Below are positions 35,694-46,145 of a DNA stretch of 55,675 nucleotides, in pieces. This stretch comes from a virus (Duplodnaviria; Caudoviricetes): positions 1 through 55,675 of IMG/VR virus record IMGVR_UViG_3300020204_000082; one strand, written 5' to 3'. Position 1 is the first letter of the stretch. The number at the start of each line of letters is the position of its first letter. Below the pieces are notes generated by a model, which had not been told where the DNA came from, ran no database searches, and saw only the letters and a list, made by a program, of their open reading frames with translations. A program made the position numbers and the translations under genes.

Positions 35694-36185
35694 TCAATAT
35701 TGTAGCACGGCATAATCATAGGATAATGCTAATTCCACATTTGCTAATTCTGAGTCTGATGTATAATCCATATCTGAAAATTTGGCTCTAGTAATAAAAG
35801 CCCCTTTCAATGTCCATTCCTCAACCTTATCACCAACCGGCCCCAATGAGTTAAATACAATCTCTTTTTTATAGAAATCTGAATAACCATCTCTACCTGT
35901 TACTGATTCGTGGTGTAGGCGAACCCACTCCATAACGGCTTGAGCACCGGATGGTACAACTGGGTCATAAAGTGTAATGGTTAATTCTTGCCATTCTGAC
36001 CTACCTTTTACATATCTCCTAACATTGACATGGTCAATTGTTACTCTATTTTGTTGTATTTCAGGTCTATTTGCTGCTTTAATTAAATATGCAGGAACTC
36101 CCTCAATATACATAATAAATCGATTAGCAACTTTGGGTTCAAAGTTGGTAAACATTACCTCTTGAGGTGTTAATAATTGTGCCAT
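35694..36185 (-). CDS. Tail tube protein (T4 gp19-like)
   Basis: FEPKVANRF, KGRSEWQELTITLYDP, VMEWV, VEEWTLKGAF, LSYDYA; follows the sheath. Confidence 0.9.
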   Translation of the reverse strand: MAQLLTPQEVMFTNFEPKVANRFIMYIEGVPAYLIKAANRPEIQQNRVTIDHVNVRRYVKGRSEWQELTITLYDPVVPSGAQAVMEWVRLHHESVTGRDGYSDFYKKEIVFNSLGPVGDKVEEWTLKGAFITRAKFSDMDYTSDSELANVELALSYDYAVLQY

Positions 36186-36225
36186 TTATTTCTCCTAATT
36201 TATTATAAATATACCCTGTCTGAAA

Positions 36226-38625
36226 TTATCCTTCAGGAAACGCTGCCCCAGTTGGTAATACACTAAAGTCTAACACAATGAATTCAGCAGTTTTCGCTGG
36301 TTGTAAGAAGATATCACCTTTTAAGATGTTTCTATCAATCACATCAGGAGTATTATTTGATTCATCCATTATAACTCTGAATGCGAACAAACCATTTCTT
36401 TGTTGGATTGATTCCAAATAAGGATTAACAATAGATAAGAAACGATTTCGGGTTGCTGCTGTGTTATTTTCAAACACTAAATATCTCGAAGAAGATGCGA
36501 TAAATTTCTTAACTGCTATCAACAATCTTCTTACATTAATTCTATCCAACGCAGATGGTTTAGCTTGTAGGGTTTTCTGTCCAAATACCGTTGCTCCCTG
36601 ACCTGGGAATGTTGCGATTGGATTTACCCTACCAACATACAATTCATCTCTTTCATCGTGCGTTAATCTTGTCTTAACTTCAATTACATTTGTTAATCCA
36701 CCACGATTTAATCCAGCAGGTGCGAACCATTCAGCTGCAACTTGGTCATTAAATGCGATAACACCAGGTAGAACTACAGAGGGTGGGACCCAAACAGGCT
36801 TATTCTTATCCGTATCCAATATCTTAACCCAAGGGTGATATGTTGCTACATAATTGGAATCAAACGAAGAAAGTGAATTTACAACGGTTGATATGTTATC
36901 ACTCCATCCACCGGCATCCATTACAAAGAATGTATCACCTCTATCTTCACAAAGGTCTTTTGCGTATGTGGTTACTGAAGAATGTAATCTATTAATTACA
37001 CCAGGAATAACAATCATATTCATATCAAACTCATCGGGATTTGATACTGCGTTTATTGCTTTTCTTAACGCAACAGTTCCTGCTGAGGTTGCTGATGTAC
37101 AATCTAACCCCTGTGTGTTTCCTGCTGCAATATCATTACCAACTAACACTTTTCTATTAGGTTGGAATCCATCAAAACCACCTTGAAATGGTATCATAAA
37201 TTTCCTAGCATCCAATTGAGCAGTTGATGCACCAACAGCAAAACCAATAACACTACCATTTGATTCACACTCATTCAAATCAAAATCAGTACCAACAGTT
37301 GTAGTTGCAGTTGCTATAGGAAGTGGATTCAAAAAGTTAAGGTTATCAGTTGCAACAAAATCAAAAGAATAACCCAAATATACATTTTTATTGTATGAAC
37401 TCGCCAAAGATTGTGATACTACATAGGTTGGTGATGGAACAGTGCCTGCTGTAGATGGGATTGGTGATGTTAGTGCACCAAATCCAAAAGGAACTAATGA
37501 TGAATCATTTGCCCCAGCTTCTACATCCGAATCAACCTCTACTCTAATATAAACTGAATTATTTGCATAATCACCATTTGTGGATAATTTACCATCATCA
37601 TCAACAGTAATATATCTATCACCAATCACCCGTTTAATGTAATTTGGTGAATTTGGGTCCAAGTTTACATTTGAGAACTGCTCTAATATATTTGGACGAA
37701 TATCGGCGTCTTGAACTCCTTGTCCAAAAATTGAATAAGGAATTTTAGAAGTATCTACTCTTCTTATCACAACAGTAAATGAACCATAATCAGAACCTGG
37801 AATATCTCCGGATACTTTAATATCTCTGATACCTAGTTTAATTTCATAGTTTGTTGGATTACCATGTGATAAAGTATGGAATTTGAATAATTGTTTAGCA
37901 ACTCCACCAACTTTTTGTGATTTAATCCAAGGGGTTGATGCTACTGAATATTCGTTTGAGAAATCAAAATTTGCAAATGATGCGGTTTGAACCAATACAA
38001 CTTCGTTTGTTGCAAAAGAAGCGGATTGGAATGTATTAAAGTTTAAGTAAGTGTATGCTTGTTGGCTGCTTTTTGGTAAGTATCCAAATGCTTTTGTAAA
38101 GTAATTTGCACTAGTTGGGTTTAAGGAAGATGTTGTAGTGTTATTCCCCGTAAATGCCGAACCTGATAAAACCAATCCAAATGATGATGCGGTTACATTT
38201 GTTGTAGTACCACCTACCAAATTTCTAACAAAAGATTTATCAAATAAATCAGTAGTTACATTTGGAATAGAACCACTTAAAGATGGATAAAGAACCGCTG
38301 CTACTTTATTTCCTTGTGAAGAAGAAATGGTTAAAACCAATGGATCTACAAATGTATATCCATCAGTTCCCAACACCCTAACAATAGTTGCTGCGGGTGC
38401 ATCCTGCAAATAAGCCTGAGCAGTATAAGGGAGATATGAATCCTCCGTTAAACCACCAAACTTTTGTTGGAAGTCATTAAATGATTCAACCCGCGTTGGT
38501 ACAAACGCAGGCCCTTTAATAGTTTGTCCGATAAGGACAGCACCTATTTCTGCTACCCCCTGAGGTAAAAACGATAAGTCCTTTTCTCGTGTAAAAACAC
38601 CCGGACTAACAATTCTTTCAGCCAT
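36226..38625 (-). CDS. Tail sheath protein (T4 gp18-like)
   Basis: SPGVFTREKDLS, WFAPAGLNRG, RDELY..RVNPI, GQKTLQ..SALDRINVRRL, DESNNTPDVIDRN. Confidence 0.95.
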   Translation of the reverse strand: MAERIVSPGVFTREKDLSFLPQGVAEIGAVLIGQTIKGPAFVPTRVESFNDFQQKFGGLTEDSYLPYTAQAYLQDAPAATIVRVLGTDGYTFVDPLVLTISSSQGNKVAAVLYPSLSGSIPNVTTDLFDKSFVRNLVGGTTTNVTASSFGLVLSGSAFTGNNTTTSSLNPTSANYFTKAFGYLPKSSQQAYTYLNFNTFQSASFATNEVVLVQTASFANFDFSNEYSVASTPWIKSQKVGGVAKQLFKFHTLSHGNPTNYEIKLGIRDIKVSGDIPGSDYGSFTVVIRRVDTSKIPYSIFGQGVQDADIRPNILEQFSNVNLDPNSPNYIKRVIGDRYITVDDDGKLSTNGDYANNSVYIRVEVDSDVEAGANDSSLVPFGFGALTSPIPSTAGTVPSPTYVVSQSLASSYNKNVYLGYSFDFVATDNLNFLNPLPIATATTTVGTDFDLNECESNGSVIGFAVGASTAQLDARKFMIPFQGGFDGFQPNRKVLVGNDIAAGNTQGLDCTSATSAGTVALRKAINAVSNPDEFDMNMIVIPGVINRLHSSVTTYAKDLCEDRGDTFFVMDAGGWSDNISTVVNSLSSFDSNYVATYHPWVKILDTDKNKPVWVPPSVVLPGVIAFNDQVAAEWFAPAGLNRGGLTNVIEVKTRLTHDERDELYVGRVNPIATFPGQGATVFGQKTLQAKPSALDRINVRRLLIAVKKFIASSSRYLVFENNTAATRNRFLSIVNPYLESIQQRNGLFAFRVIMDESNNTPDVIDRNILKGDIFLQPAKTAEFIVLDFSVLPTGAAFPEG

Positions 38626-38688
38626 TATATTCTCCTAATAGTTTTTGTTTCTATATAATAAATACAAAAAAATTAGAGAAACCTATAC

Positions 38689-38970
38689 TTATTCAGCCGT
38701 TGTAAAAGTATTTGTATCAATATCGTAAGAACCCACACCATACTTTTGTGTCAATTCTTTACCAAATTCGTTTTGTGATTTAACCAATTCTTTGTAAGTT
38801 GATATTAATTCTTCTTTTTCAGCTCTCAAACTAGCGAAAATTTCCTCTAACTCTTTGGATTGTATTTCAATTTCTCCAAGCCGTGCCGTAACTACAATAC
38901 CTTTTTGACGAAATTCTAAAAGTTTTTCTCTTTCCGTTTCTTCAAATTGTTTTACTAATTTTTCTTCCAT
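38689..38970 (-). CDS. Small coiled-coil hypothetical protein
   Basis: 93-aa helical ORF ending KYGVGSYDIDTNTF; has its own late motif. Confidence 0.65.
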   Translation of the reverse strand: MEEKLVKQFEETEREKLLEFRQKGIVVTARLGEIEIQSKELEEIFASLRAEKEELISTYKELVKSQNEFGKELTQKYGVGSYDIDTNTFTTAE

Positions 38971-39032
38971 AGATTTTGTTTTTTAAGTTGTTTAACTAAT
39001 GTGTATATAAATATCTAAAAAATTATTTAAAA

Positions 39033-39860
39033 TCAGTTTTCTGGGTTTATTTGACCACTTAATTGTGGGTTTTCGGTAAAAGAAACTTTTCCAACTGAAT
39101 AAACTTTTCTATTGTTTGGATTTAATCCAGCAAACTCAGGCACAATATACGCTTTTGATACCAAAGTAATACTTGCTCTTACAATTCTATCATCCCCCGC
39201 ATCGGTTATTGTTTCAAAGTTGTATCCATCTCCCTTTATTTGGAATTTGAATCTATCACCAAATGACCTGCCTTGAAAGAAAATGATTTGTTCAACTACT
39301 TTGTTTAGTTGTTCCATATAATCACACCATATATTCATTTCATATTGAACATCTAAGTAATCAGGTCTTTCAACTGCAATATATTCTTTTACTGGTTTTT
39401 GGTTGGTTAGTATAGAAAATTGGTCATATCTATTTGCTTTTGTATATTTCCGTTCAAAGGATTGATGAGCATCTTCGGAGTTTAAAATCTTTAACTTTGC
39501 AGCCTGTTGATTGGTTGATAAGGAGGTTCTTTTAAACACAATTACAGGTGTTTGTATTTTACCATTTGCATCCCGCATAAACCCATCTCTTTGAGCCGAT
39601 ACCCATTTTTCAGGATTTGCATAGATTACTGGTATGGGTATAATCTGCCCATCATCTTCTACAAATGGTTTTACATCTTTTACTAAAAAATCTCTGAAAG
39701 CTAAGTCTATATCGTAGATACCAATAGATATATTTTGTGTGTTATCCGTATCCCGCCTAATCTGATTTGCTTTATTTAATTTAGGGTTTTCCGATGTGGA
39801 TGACATCGTTTGTTTTAAATCCGGCTTTTGTGAATTTATATCCCTATATGTATTACCCAT
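39033..39860 (-). CDS. Tail terminator/sheath stabiliser (T4 gp15-like)
   Basis: IPVIYANPEKW, PDYLDVQYEMNIW..YMEQLNKVVEQI; between neck and sheath genes. Confidence 0.7.
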   Translation of the reverse strand: MGNTYRDINSQKPDLKQTMSSTSENPKLNKANQIRRDTDNTQNISIGIYDIDLAFRDFLVKDVKPFVEDDGQIIPIPVIYANPEKWVSAQRDGFMRDANGKIQTPVIVFKRTSLSTNQQAAKLKILNSEDAHQSFERKYTKANRYDQFSILTNQKPVKEYIAVERPDYLDVQYEMNIWCDYMEQLNKVVEQIIFFQGRSFGDRFKFQIKGDGYNFETITDAGDDRIVRASITLVSKAYIVPEFAGLNPNNRKVYSVGKVSFTENPQLSGQINPEN

Positions 39861-39861
39861 C

Positions 39862-40392
39862 TTATAATCCTATTGGTAAATAATTATCATTTATTGTTGA
39901 ATTTCCAAATCTTACATTAATTAACTTAATGGATGTTTGACGGGTAACATGCGCAAGGCATGTTACAGAAAGTGATGTTCCGTGTCCATCACCACCATCC
40001 CAAGTTTCAGGATTCTTACCTACAAAATATTTATTTTCATTTACATTATCAACCATATAATATTCATTATCCCATTCAATAATATCACCAACATCTGGCT
40101 TAACATCTTTATCATCTTTTAATGTATCCCTTAAAAAGTTGAATGTAGCTGTATGTGCGTATGATTGTCCAAAATCATCTGAAACTGCTTCAGTATCTTG
40201 TCTATCAATTAAGCATGGGATTTTAACAGGATTATAAAAAACTTTATCTTTTGATTCCCCATAAAGATTTACCAATGATTCATCCAATACAGGCTTATAA
40301 TAATAAACCTCCGTATCAATTATTTCATTGATAAGTTCTTTGTTTAACCTTCTGATTAAACTAACATCTCTTGCCGAACCAAATAATGCCAT
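39862..40392 (-). CDS. Neck/head-closure protein (T4 gp14-like)
   Basis: VYYYK...NLYGE, PDVGDIIEW..YY.V; likely ATG at 40392. Confidence 0.7.
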   Translation of the reverse strand: MALFGSARDVSLIRRLNKELINEIIDTEVYYYKPVLDESLVNLYGESKDKVFYNPVKIPCLIDRQDTEAVSDDFGQSYAHTATFNFLRDTLKDDKDVKPDVGDIIEWDNEYYMVDNVNENKYFVGKNPETWDGGDGHGTSLSVTCLAHVTRQTSIKLINVRFGNSTINDNYLPIGL

Positions 40393-40396
40393 CGGA

Positions 40397-41560
40397 TTAT
40401 CCCACGTAAATTGGCATTGGAACACGATTAAGTGTTGATTCTAAAAATTCAGTTTCATCCTTTTTGGCTTCTAAAAGCGACCTTCTGCTTGTTGCTTCCA
40501 ATATCTCTTTTAATTGTGTTATCAACTGCTCTTTTTCAGTTGCGGCTTGGGTTTTTAAATCAGAACCATCCAATGTAACTTCTGCTCCAGGGATTGGAAT
40601 TGAACCAAACTTAGAACGAACTGTTCCTAACACTTCTTTTACTAATGCTAATGTATATTTAAATATCCATTGTCTACCATGCGCACTTATATCACAATAA
40701 TCCAATCTACCAAATGGAGCATTTGAAAAATCAGACACAACATTTGATTTTGCTACTGGATTGTTTCTTTCTGAATCCAATGTGTATTCAAAATAAACTT
40801 TTAAACCATCATCAGTATCTTTTGGGTATGGAAATATACGAACCCTCTTACCATATAGTTTAAATCCAAATTGAGATTTTCTAATCATATCGTTGAATTC
40901 AATCGCTTGTAAACGAAGAAGGTCATCATACATAGGTTGCATCATAAAAGATACACCTGGTGAGTAATTACCCCACCCAAAGGTTTCCATCATTTGTTGT
41001 GAACCTAACCCAGTTCCAACGAATGGGTCAAAGTAACGAATAATTGCAGGTGGTGCTTCATGATGCATCTTACGAATTGTTATGGAATCAGATGTTAAAT
41101 TACCTGCTTCCAAACTTGCAACCGAACTATCACCTAAATCATAAACCTGCTTTCCGCTCTCCATTGTAAACGAACCTGTATATTGGGTTAATCTACCACC
41201 ACTCCCTGCTTCAGTCCCATAATCCGATGCAATGTTTATTACCCCACCAAAGTTATTGTTCAACAATTTTTTGGTAAAGTTTCCCGTTAGCGATGAACCT
41301 TGAATACTTAATAAGTTTTCTTTGGTTCGGTATTGGTTTAATTGCGATGAAAATTCATCTACTGCTTCTTCAAAGCATGCGTAAAAATCTATATCTTGCA
41401 GTTCTATATCTACAATAGGATAACCAAGTCTAAGAGCACACCACTTTGTTACTGAGTCTGCATCAACTTGGAAATCATAATCATTATCAAACCATCCAAA
41501 TGGTGTTTTGCCGGGAAAGAATGATGATGAACCGGGATATATTGAGATATTAACTGCCAT
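40397..41560 (-). CDS. Neck/adaptor protein (T4 gp13-like)
   Basis: LRLGYPIVDIEL, WIFKYTLALVKE.LG.VRSKF..IPIPG..VTLDG. Confidence 0.85.
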   Translation of the reverse strand: MAVNISIYPGSSSFFPGKTPFGWFDNDYDFQVDADSVTKWCALRLGYPIVDIELQDIDFYACFEEAVDEFSSQLNQYRTKENLLSIQGSSLTGNFTKKLLNNNFGGVINIASDYGTEAGSGGRLTQYTGSFTMESGKQVYDLGDSSVASLEAGNLTSDSITIRKMHHEAPPAIIRYFDPFVGTGLGSQQMMETFGWGNYSPGVSFMMQPMYDDLLRLQAIEFNDMIRKSQFGFKLYGKRVRIFPYPKDTDDGLKVYFEYTLDSERNNPVAKSNVVSDFSNAPFGRLDYCDISAHGRQWIFKYTLALVKEVLGTVRSKFGSIPIPGAEVTLDGSDLKTQAATEKEQLITQLKEILEATSRRSLLEAKKDETEFLESTLNRVPMPIYVG

Positions 41561-41565
41561 TTTTG

Positions 41566-41958
41566 TTATTCTCCGTCAGTAGTTTCTTCACCACCATTGG
41601 TTTCTTCACCACCATTGGTTTCTTCACTACTTTCTTCAGTAATTGGTTCTTCCACCACAGGCTTTACATAGTGTTCAAATGTTGCTGCGGCATTTACATC
41701 GTTTGCGGATTGTAAATTTGCTATAACATAACTTTCTAATGCATCAATAAGTTTTGAATAACCATCCACAATTTCGGAGTTATACACTAATACTTTTTTA
41801 TCAATTGAATGATATGCTACCGTTCCACCTCCGCTGATATGAACATCCATTTGCAATCCCCCCTCATATTGTAAATGTGGGACAAGTGTTAATAATGGTG
41901 ATTCGTGAATGAGGCCTGTTGTTGGGTTTTTGAAATACCCAGTTACTTTTATTGCCAT
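41566..41958 (-). CDS. Hypothetical protein with an acidic repeat tail (EETNGG twice)
   Basis: 130-aa ORF with a late motif and a GGAG upstream. Confidence 0.65.
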   Translation of the reverse strand: MAIKVTGYFKNPTTGLIHESPLLTLVPHLQYEGGLQMDVHISGGGTVAYHSIDKKVLVYNSEIVDGYSKLIDALESYVIANLQSANDVNAAATFEHYVKPVVEEPITEESSEETNGGEETNGGEETTDGE

Positions 41959-42014
41959 AATACTTTTCTCCGTTTTATAATAAATAGTTTTATTTTTGTT
42001 TATAGGGTTTTAAT

Positions 42015-42581
42015 TTAGATTACTTTTGTATGTGGTCTTGAACTCCAATATTCTTCCCCACCATAATAGGTGCATATTTCTTCACCTTCTTCTATATCTC
42101 TAATAGATACAAAATTAAATGCTTTCCATTCGGGATGGTCTACCCAATCTGCATTTGGTGTATTTGAATGGTTATAAATACATCCTAATCCTAGTGGGAT
42201 AACAAACTCTAAGCCTGCATTTTTCGGATATACAAATCTATAATCTCCCAATGTATTAGAATCAGAAGAAACATTTAGTGTTATTAAATGACAAGTTTCT
42301 ATTATTTCTCCTTTTAATATTTTTTCAGTAGCAAACACACCCAAGCCTTTACCAATAGATTCATATACTCTAACTTTGGTAGGGGGTAAGAAATTAGCAG
42401 ATGGTAATTTTTTATTAATATTAGAGGGTGTTGTTGAATTTACTTTTAATACTACATCTTCTTTTTTTAATAATTTACCATCAGATGCTATTTTTTGAAA
42501 TTCTTTCATACTTAATTTAATAATGGGTTTACCACTATCTTTGATTTGTTGTAGGAGTTGGGGTGTGGGTTTGAGAAACAT
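42015..42581 (-). CDS. SET-domain protein (putative lysine methyltransferase)
   Basis: GKGLGVFA, IYNHSNTPN, RDIEEGEEICTYYG..YW are the canonical SET motifs. Confidence 0.88.
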   Translation of the reverse strand: MFLKPTPQLLQQIKDSGKPIIKLSMKEFQKIASDGKLLKKEDVVLKVNSTTPSNINKKLPSANFLPPTKVRVYESIGKGLGVFATEKILKGEIIETCHLITLNVSSDSNTLGDYRFVYPKNAGLEFVIPLGLGCIYNHSNTPNADWVDHPEWKAFNFVSIRDIEEGEEICTYYGGEEYWSSRPHTKVI

Positions 42582-42585
42582 AGTA

Positions 42586-45500
42586 TTATACTTCTGGTAA
42601 ATAACAAGGAATTAAAACAATATCTCCATTGTATATTTTTATTTCCATCCAATAATCAGGTTCTGCTAAATAACGAGAATTTGCTGTAATACCAAAACCG
42701 GCTTTAGCTGATGCATTTGTAAGTGGTGGATTATTACTAAATTGTGCGGCATCAATTTGGAGATAGTTACCATCAGCTGGTTCTGAATGTAAATGTATCC
42801 ATTCTTGAGTTCCCGGATTACCGGTTTGTAGCCCTATATAACCTGTAGCTCCTTCTAAAGATATTTGATTACCTGTTCCTATATATGATGTAGCAGCTCC
42901 TGGTACAAACTGAAATATACTAGATTGATATACTCCATTACTATAATTTGATAAAAACAAAGAGTGTGCATAACCAGAATTACTTTTAGCAAATTCCCAA
43001 TAGTTATTTTCAGTACCACTTCCACTAGTTCCTATATTCAAATACGCAAATTTATCCCCCATAGTAAGGATATTTAATCTAGCAGCGGCGTAGGGGCTAC
43101 TACCACTACCTACTATTTGTAAACCCGCGGAATTTAATCCTGTTAATGAGCTTGATTGAAATATAGTAAGTGTAGGGGTTATATTACCTTCACCTGAACC
43201 AAAAACACCTCCTGATCCTGCAAAAAAGGCCATTGGTGATGTAGTGTTTATTCCTACTCTACCTGAACCTGTTACAAATAATATGTTTTGGTTTGTTGGT
43301 GAAGATACTTGTAATAATGATTGGTTATTTGCTCCACTTACATGAAGTCTAGCGGTGGGTGAATGTGGCCCTATTGCTACATTTTGGCTTGTGTTTATAA
43401 GAAAAGATTGTGTTGCCGGAGAAGCATACCCACTGTTGTTAATAGTAAGTAAGTTTGCATTAACTAATAATCCACTAGCTTGGCCTGATATAGCACCTTG
43501 CCAATCCCCCGCCCCAGTTCCACCAAAGTATAAAGTACTTCTTATTCTGGTAATCCCGTTTATATCTAATACTCCCATTGTAGGGGTTGATGTTCCTATT
43601 CCAATTATACCACTACCACTTACATAAAGATGTGATGTGTTAAATGCTGATGTACCATTATCTAATATTGTAAGTCTTGCAGTTGCTGCGGAGTTTTCTA
43701 CCCGTAATGCGGTTGTTGCGGAGGTTGCCCCCGTACCTTTTACATGAAGTCTTGCAGATGGATTATTTTCACCAACACCTGTAGTTCCCCCGTTAAGTAC
43801 TGTAAATGTTCCTGTTCCTGCTGAATTTTGAATGGTGAGTGCTCCAGCAGTATCAACACCAGAACCTCTAATTGTAGTTTGACCTGCGTTTAAAGCGGAT
43901 GTTAAACCAACTCCAATGGTTGCAGTAGAACTTGTTATTGATGTTGATATATTTGCTCTGCCTGTTACTGTTAAAACACTTCCATCAAATGTTAAACCAC
44001 TTTCTCCATTTATTGTTCCACCACCCGTTGCGGTTAATACCCTATTATCAGTATTGTTTGTTATAGATGGGGTTATGTTGGATGCTGTCTGAGCGTTTAT
44101 TGCTTGACTTGATGTTATACTATAAGTTCCTACAGGTAAGAATGAAGCTGTTTGAGCATTAACTGCTATACTTGCTGTTCCGAAAAGGGAGCCTGTAAAT
44201 GAAGTTGCAGTAATTGATGTTAATCCAGTTAGAGTAGTCGTCGCAGCTGCTCCTAGAGTTAGTGTCTGTGACCCTAAAGATACTGAACTATTTGCTAAAT
44301 TAGCGTTTGTGATGCCGGCTGTACCTGATAAATTAGAATTTGTTAATCCTGATATCGATCCGCCTAATGTAATAGTACCTGTCGATGTTATAGTGCCACC
44401 GGTTAAAGTAATTCCTGATACTGTACCAGAAGTAGCTATTGAAGTTACTCCGTTGTTTACTACATTTGTAGCCCAAGAAGCAGTGCCAAATAATGAACCT
44501 GTTATTGAACCATTTACGCTTAAAGAGCCTGTGAATTGGTGGGTATCATCGGATGAATTACCAAATTGTGTAGAGCCTGATTGGTATATGATGCTTGATG
44601 ATACAAATTCAGTATGAAACTCTTCTGCCGTTATGCGGCCTGTAACTATCATATTTCCATCTACATGCAACCTTTCGGTTGGAGAGGTTGTGCCTATACC
44701 CCAATTTCCTGCATTATTAAATCTAGCTACTTCTACTGAACTTGTATTTTGAAATGCTAAATGTGTGGTAGAGTTTATTCTTATTGTTTGAGTTTGAGTT
44801 GTTGAGTTAAACATAAAAGAGTTAGCTCTAATACTACCTATTACATCTAATGTAACCCCTGGTGTTGTTGTACCTATACCTACAAGTCCACTACTACTCA
44901 CATAAAGGTGGTTGGTATTAAATGCGGATGTGCCATCATTTAGTATGGTTAATAATGAGGTTGCGTTATTATTTTCTACCCTAAGCGCAGTAGCAGCAGA
45001 TGTTGCAGTGTTTCCTCTTACTGTGGTTTGTCCTCCTTGTAGTAGTGTTGTACCATTTACATTTAGGGTTGTTGTTGGTGTTGAAGTTCCTATACCTACA
45101 TTACCACTACTGCTAATAACCATTCTTTCGCCAGCGGAAATAGCACCGTTAGTTGCGGCTGTTCTAAATAAGATTTTTGCACCATTATGAGCTCCTGAAT
45201 CTATGAATACCCATCCTGGAAAGGCACTAGAGGTGATATTGTAAACCGATATTGCTGCTCCGCCTGGTGTTCCAGATAATGAACTTGAAGCTATAATTCG
45301 GATACCTCTAGCCTGTGCCGCACCAACTGCTGCACTAGCTAATCTAATATCAAAGGGTTCATTGTTGTCAAAACCATTACTATCTAAAAATATACCAGGA
45401 GTTACACCACTATCAGATACTCCTCTGATATGTAAAGGTCCTTGAGGGGATGTTGTGCCTATACCTATTCTACTACTACTTTCATATATGGATGATGTAG

Positions 45501-45729
45501 TAATTGTTGTACCACTACTCCATCGAGTTATATAATTTTCTGTTCCACTTCCGCCGATTGTTGAACCACCACTTCCTGCTATAGAAGAGGTTGGAAAAAA
45601 AGTGAATCTGCCTGATGCGGTGTCATAACCTATTACATTAGGTTGTGATGAATTTGGTAATGAACTTGCAGTTATGTTTAGGACATCAACCGCACTACCA
45701 GATTGTAATATCTTTTTCCATGAAGGCAT
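42586..45729 (-). CDS. Tail fibre/appendage protein (1047 aa)
   Basis: Repeated GIGTTSP..LH/LDV.G units; S/T/G-rich. Confidence 0.75.
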   Translation of the reverse strand: MPSWKKILQSGSAVDVLNITASSLPNSSQPNVIGYDTASGRFTFFPTSSIAGSGGSTIGGSGTENYITRWSSGTTITTSSIYESSSRIGIGTTSPQGPLHIRGVSDSGVTPGIFLDSNGFDNNEPFDIRLASAAVGAAQARGIRIIASSSLSGTPGGAAISVYNITSSAFPGWVFIDSGAHNGAKILFRTAATNGAISAGERMVISSSGNVGIGTSTPTTTLNVNGTTLLQGGQTTVRGNTATSAATALRVENNNATSLLTILNDGTSAFNTNHLYVSSSGLVGIGTTTPGVTLDVIGSIRANSFMFNSTTQTQTIRINSTTHLAFQNTSSVEVARFNNAGNWGIGTTSPTERLHVDGNMIVTGRITAEEFHTEFVSSSIIYQSGSTQFGNSSDDTHQFTGSLSVNGSITGSLFGTASWATNVVNNGVTSIATSGTVSGITLTGGTITSTGTITLGGSISGLTNSNLSGTAGITNANLANSSVSLGSQTLTLGAAATTTLTGLTSITATSFTGSLFGTASIAVNAQTASFLPVGTYSITSSQAINAQTASNITPSITNNTDNRVLTATGGGTINGESGLTFDGSVLTVTGRANISTSITSSTATIGVGLTSALNAGQTTIRGSGVDTAGALTIQNSAGTGTFTVLNGGTTGVGENNPSARLHVKGTGATSATTALRVENSAATARLTILDNGTSAFNTSHLYVSGSGIIGIGTSTPTMGVLDINGITRIRSTLYFGGTGAGDWQGAISGQASGLLVNANLLTINNSGYASPATQSFLINTSQNVAIGPHSPTARLHVSGANNQSLLQVSSPTNQNILFVTGSGRVGINTTSPMAFFAGSGGVFGSGEGNITPTLTIFQSSSLTGLNSAGLQIVGSGSSPYAAARLNILTMGDKFAYLNIGTSGSGTENNYWEFAKSNSGYAHSLFLSNYSNGVYQSSIFQFVPGAATSYIGTGNQISLEGATGYIGLQTGNPGTQEWIHLHSEPADGNYLQIDAAQFSNNPPLTNASAKAGFGITANSRYLAEPDYWMEIKIYNGDIVLIPCYLPEV

Positions 45730-45734
45730 ATAAC

Positions 45735-45826
45735 ACTCACTCTTTTTTTAATCATACAATATGGTTGGATACACATACTAAGTGAGTAGTATATGGGCCC
45801 ACTTCCTTATTCAGGCCAATATTGTA
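45735..45826 (-). ncRNA. Candidate structured 5' leader RNA (multi-stem junction plus pseudoknot) of the tail-fibre gene
   Basis: Outer stem UACAAUAU/AUAUUGUA; inner hairpin CAUAUACUA-CUCACU-UAGUAUGUG; loop complementary to AGUGAG just upstream of the AUG. Confidence 0.5.
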
Positions 45827-45880
45827 CTTTTTGGTTTATACTCTATATAGTATAAATATAGAAAAAAAATTAATTAATGT

Positions 45881-46123
45881 TTATTTCCCTTTATGGGGTT
45901 TTCCACTTAATGCCAAAAATTGGGATTGTAGTTTTACAATTGTACTATAAACAAGTTCAACATCACTAACCTTAAAAGTTGAATCTTTAATGGATGTTAA
46001 TATAAAAGCAATTTCATCTAAAGTTAAATTGTTTTCATCCGTTTTTTTCGTAACTTTTTGAGGTTCTACAACAGGTTCTGATTCTTCAGTTTGTTTTCCT
46101 CTTAATTTATCCAATATTGACAT
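45881..46123 (-). CDS. Small hypothetical protein, possibly a fibre chaperone
   Basis: 80-aa ORF between fibre genes. Confidence 0.6.
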   Translation of the reverse strand: MSILDKLRGKQTEESEPVVEPQKVTKKTDENNLTLDEIAFILTSIKDSTFKVSDVELVYSTIVKLQSQFLALSGKPHKGK

Positions 46124-46145
46124 TTACATAACCCCCGAATTATTT

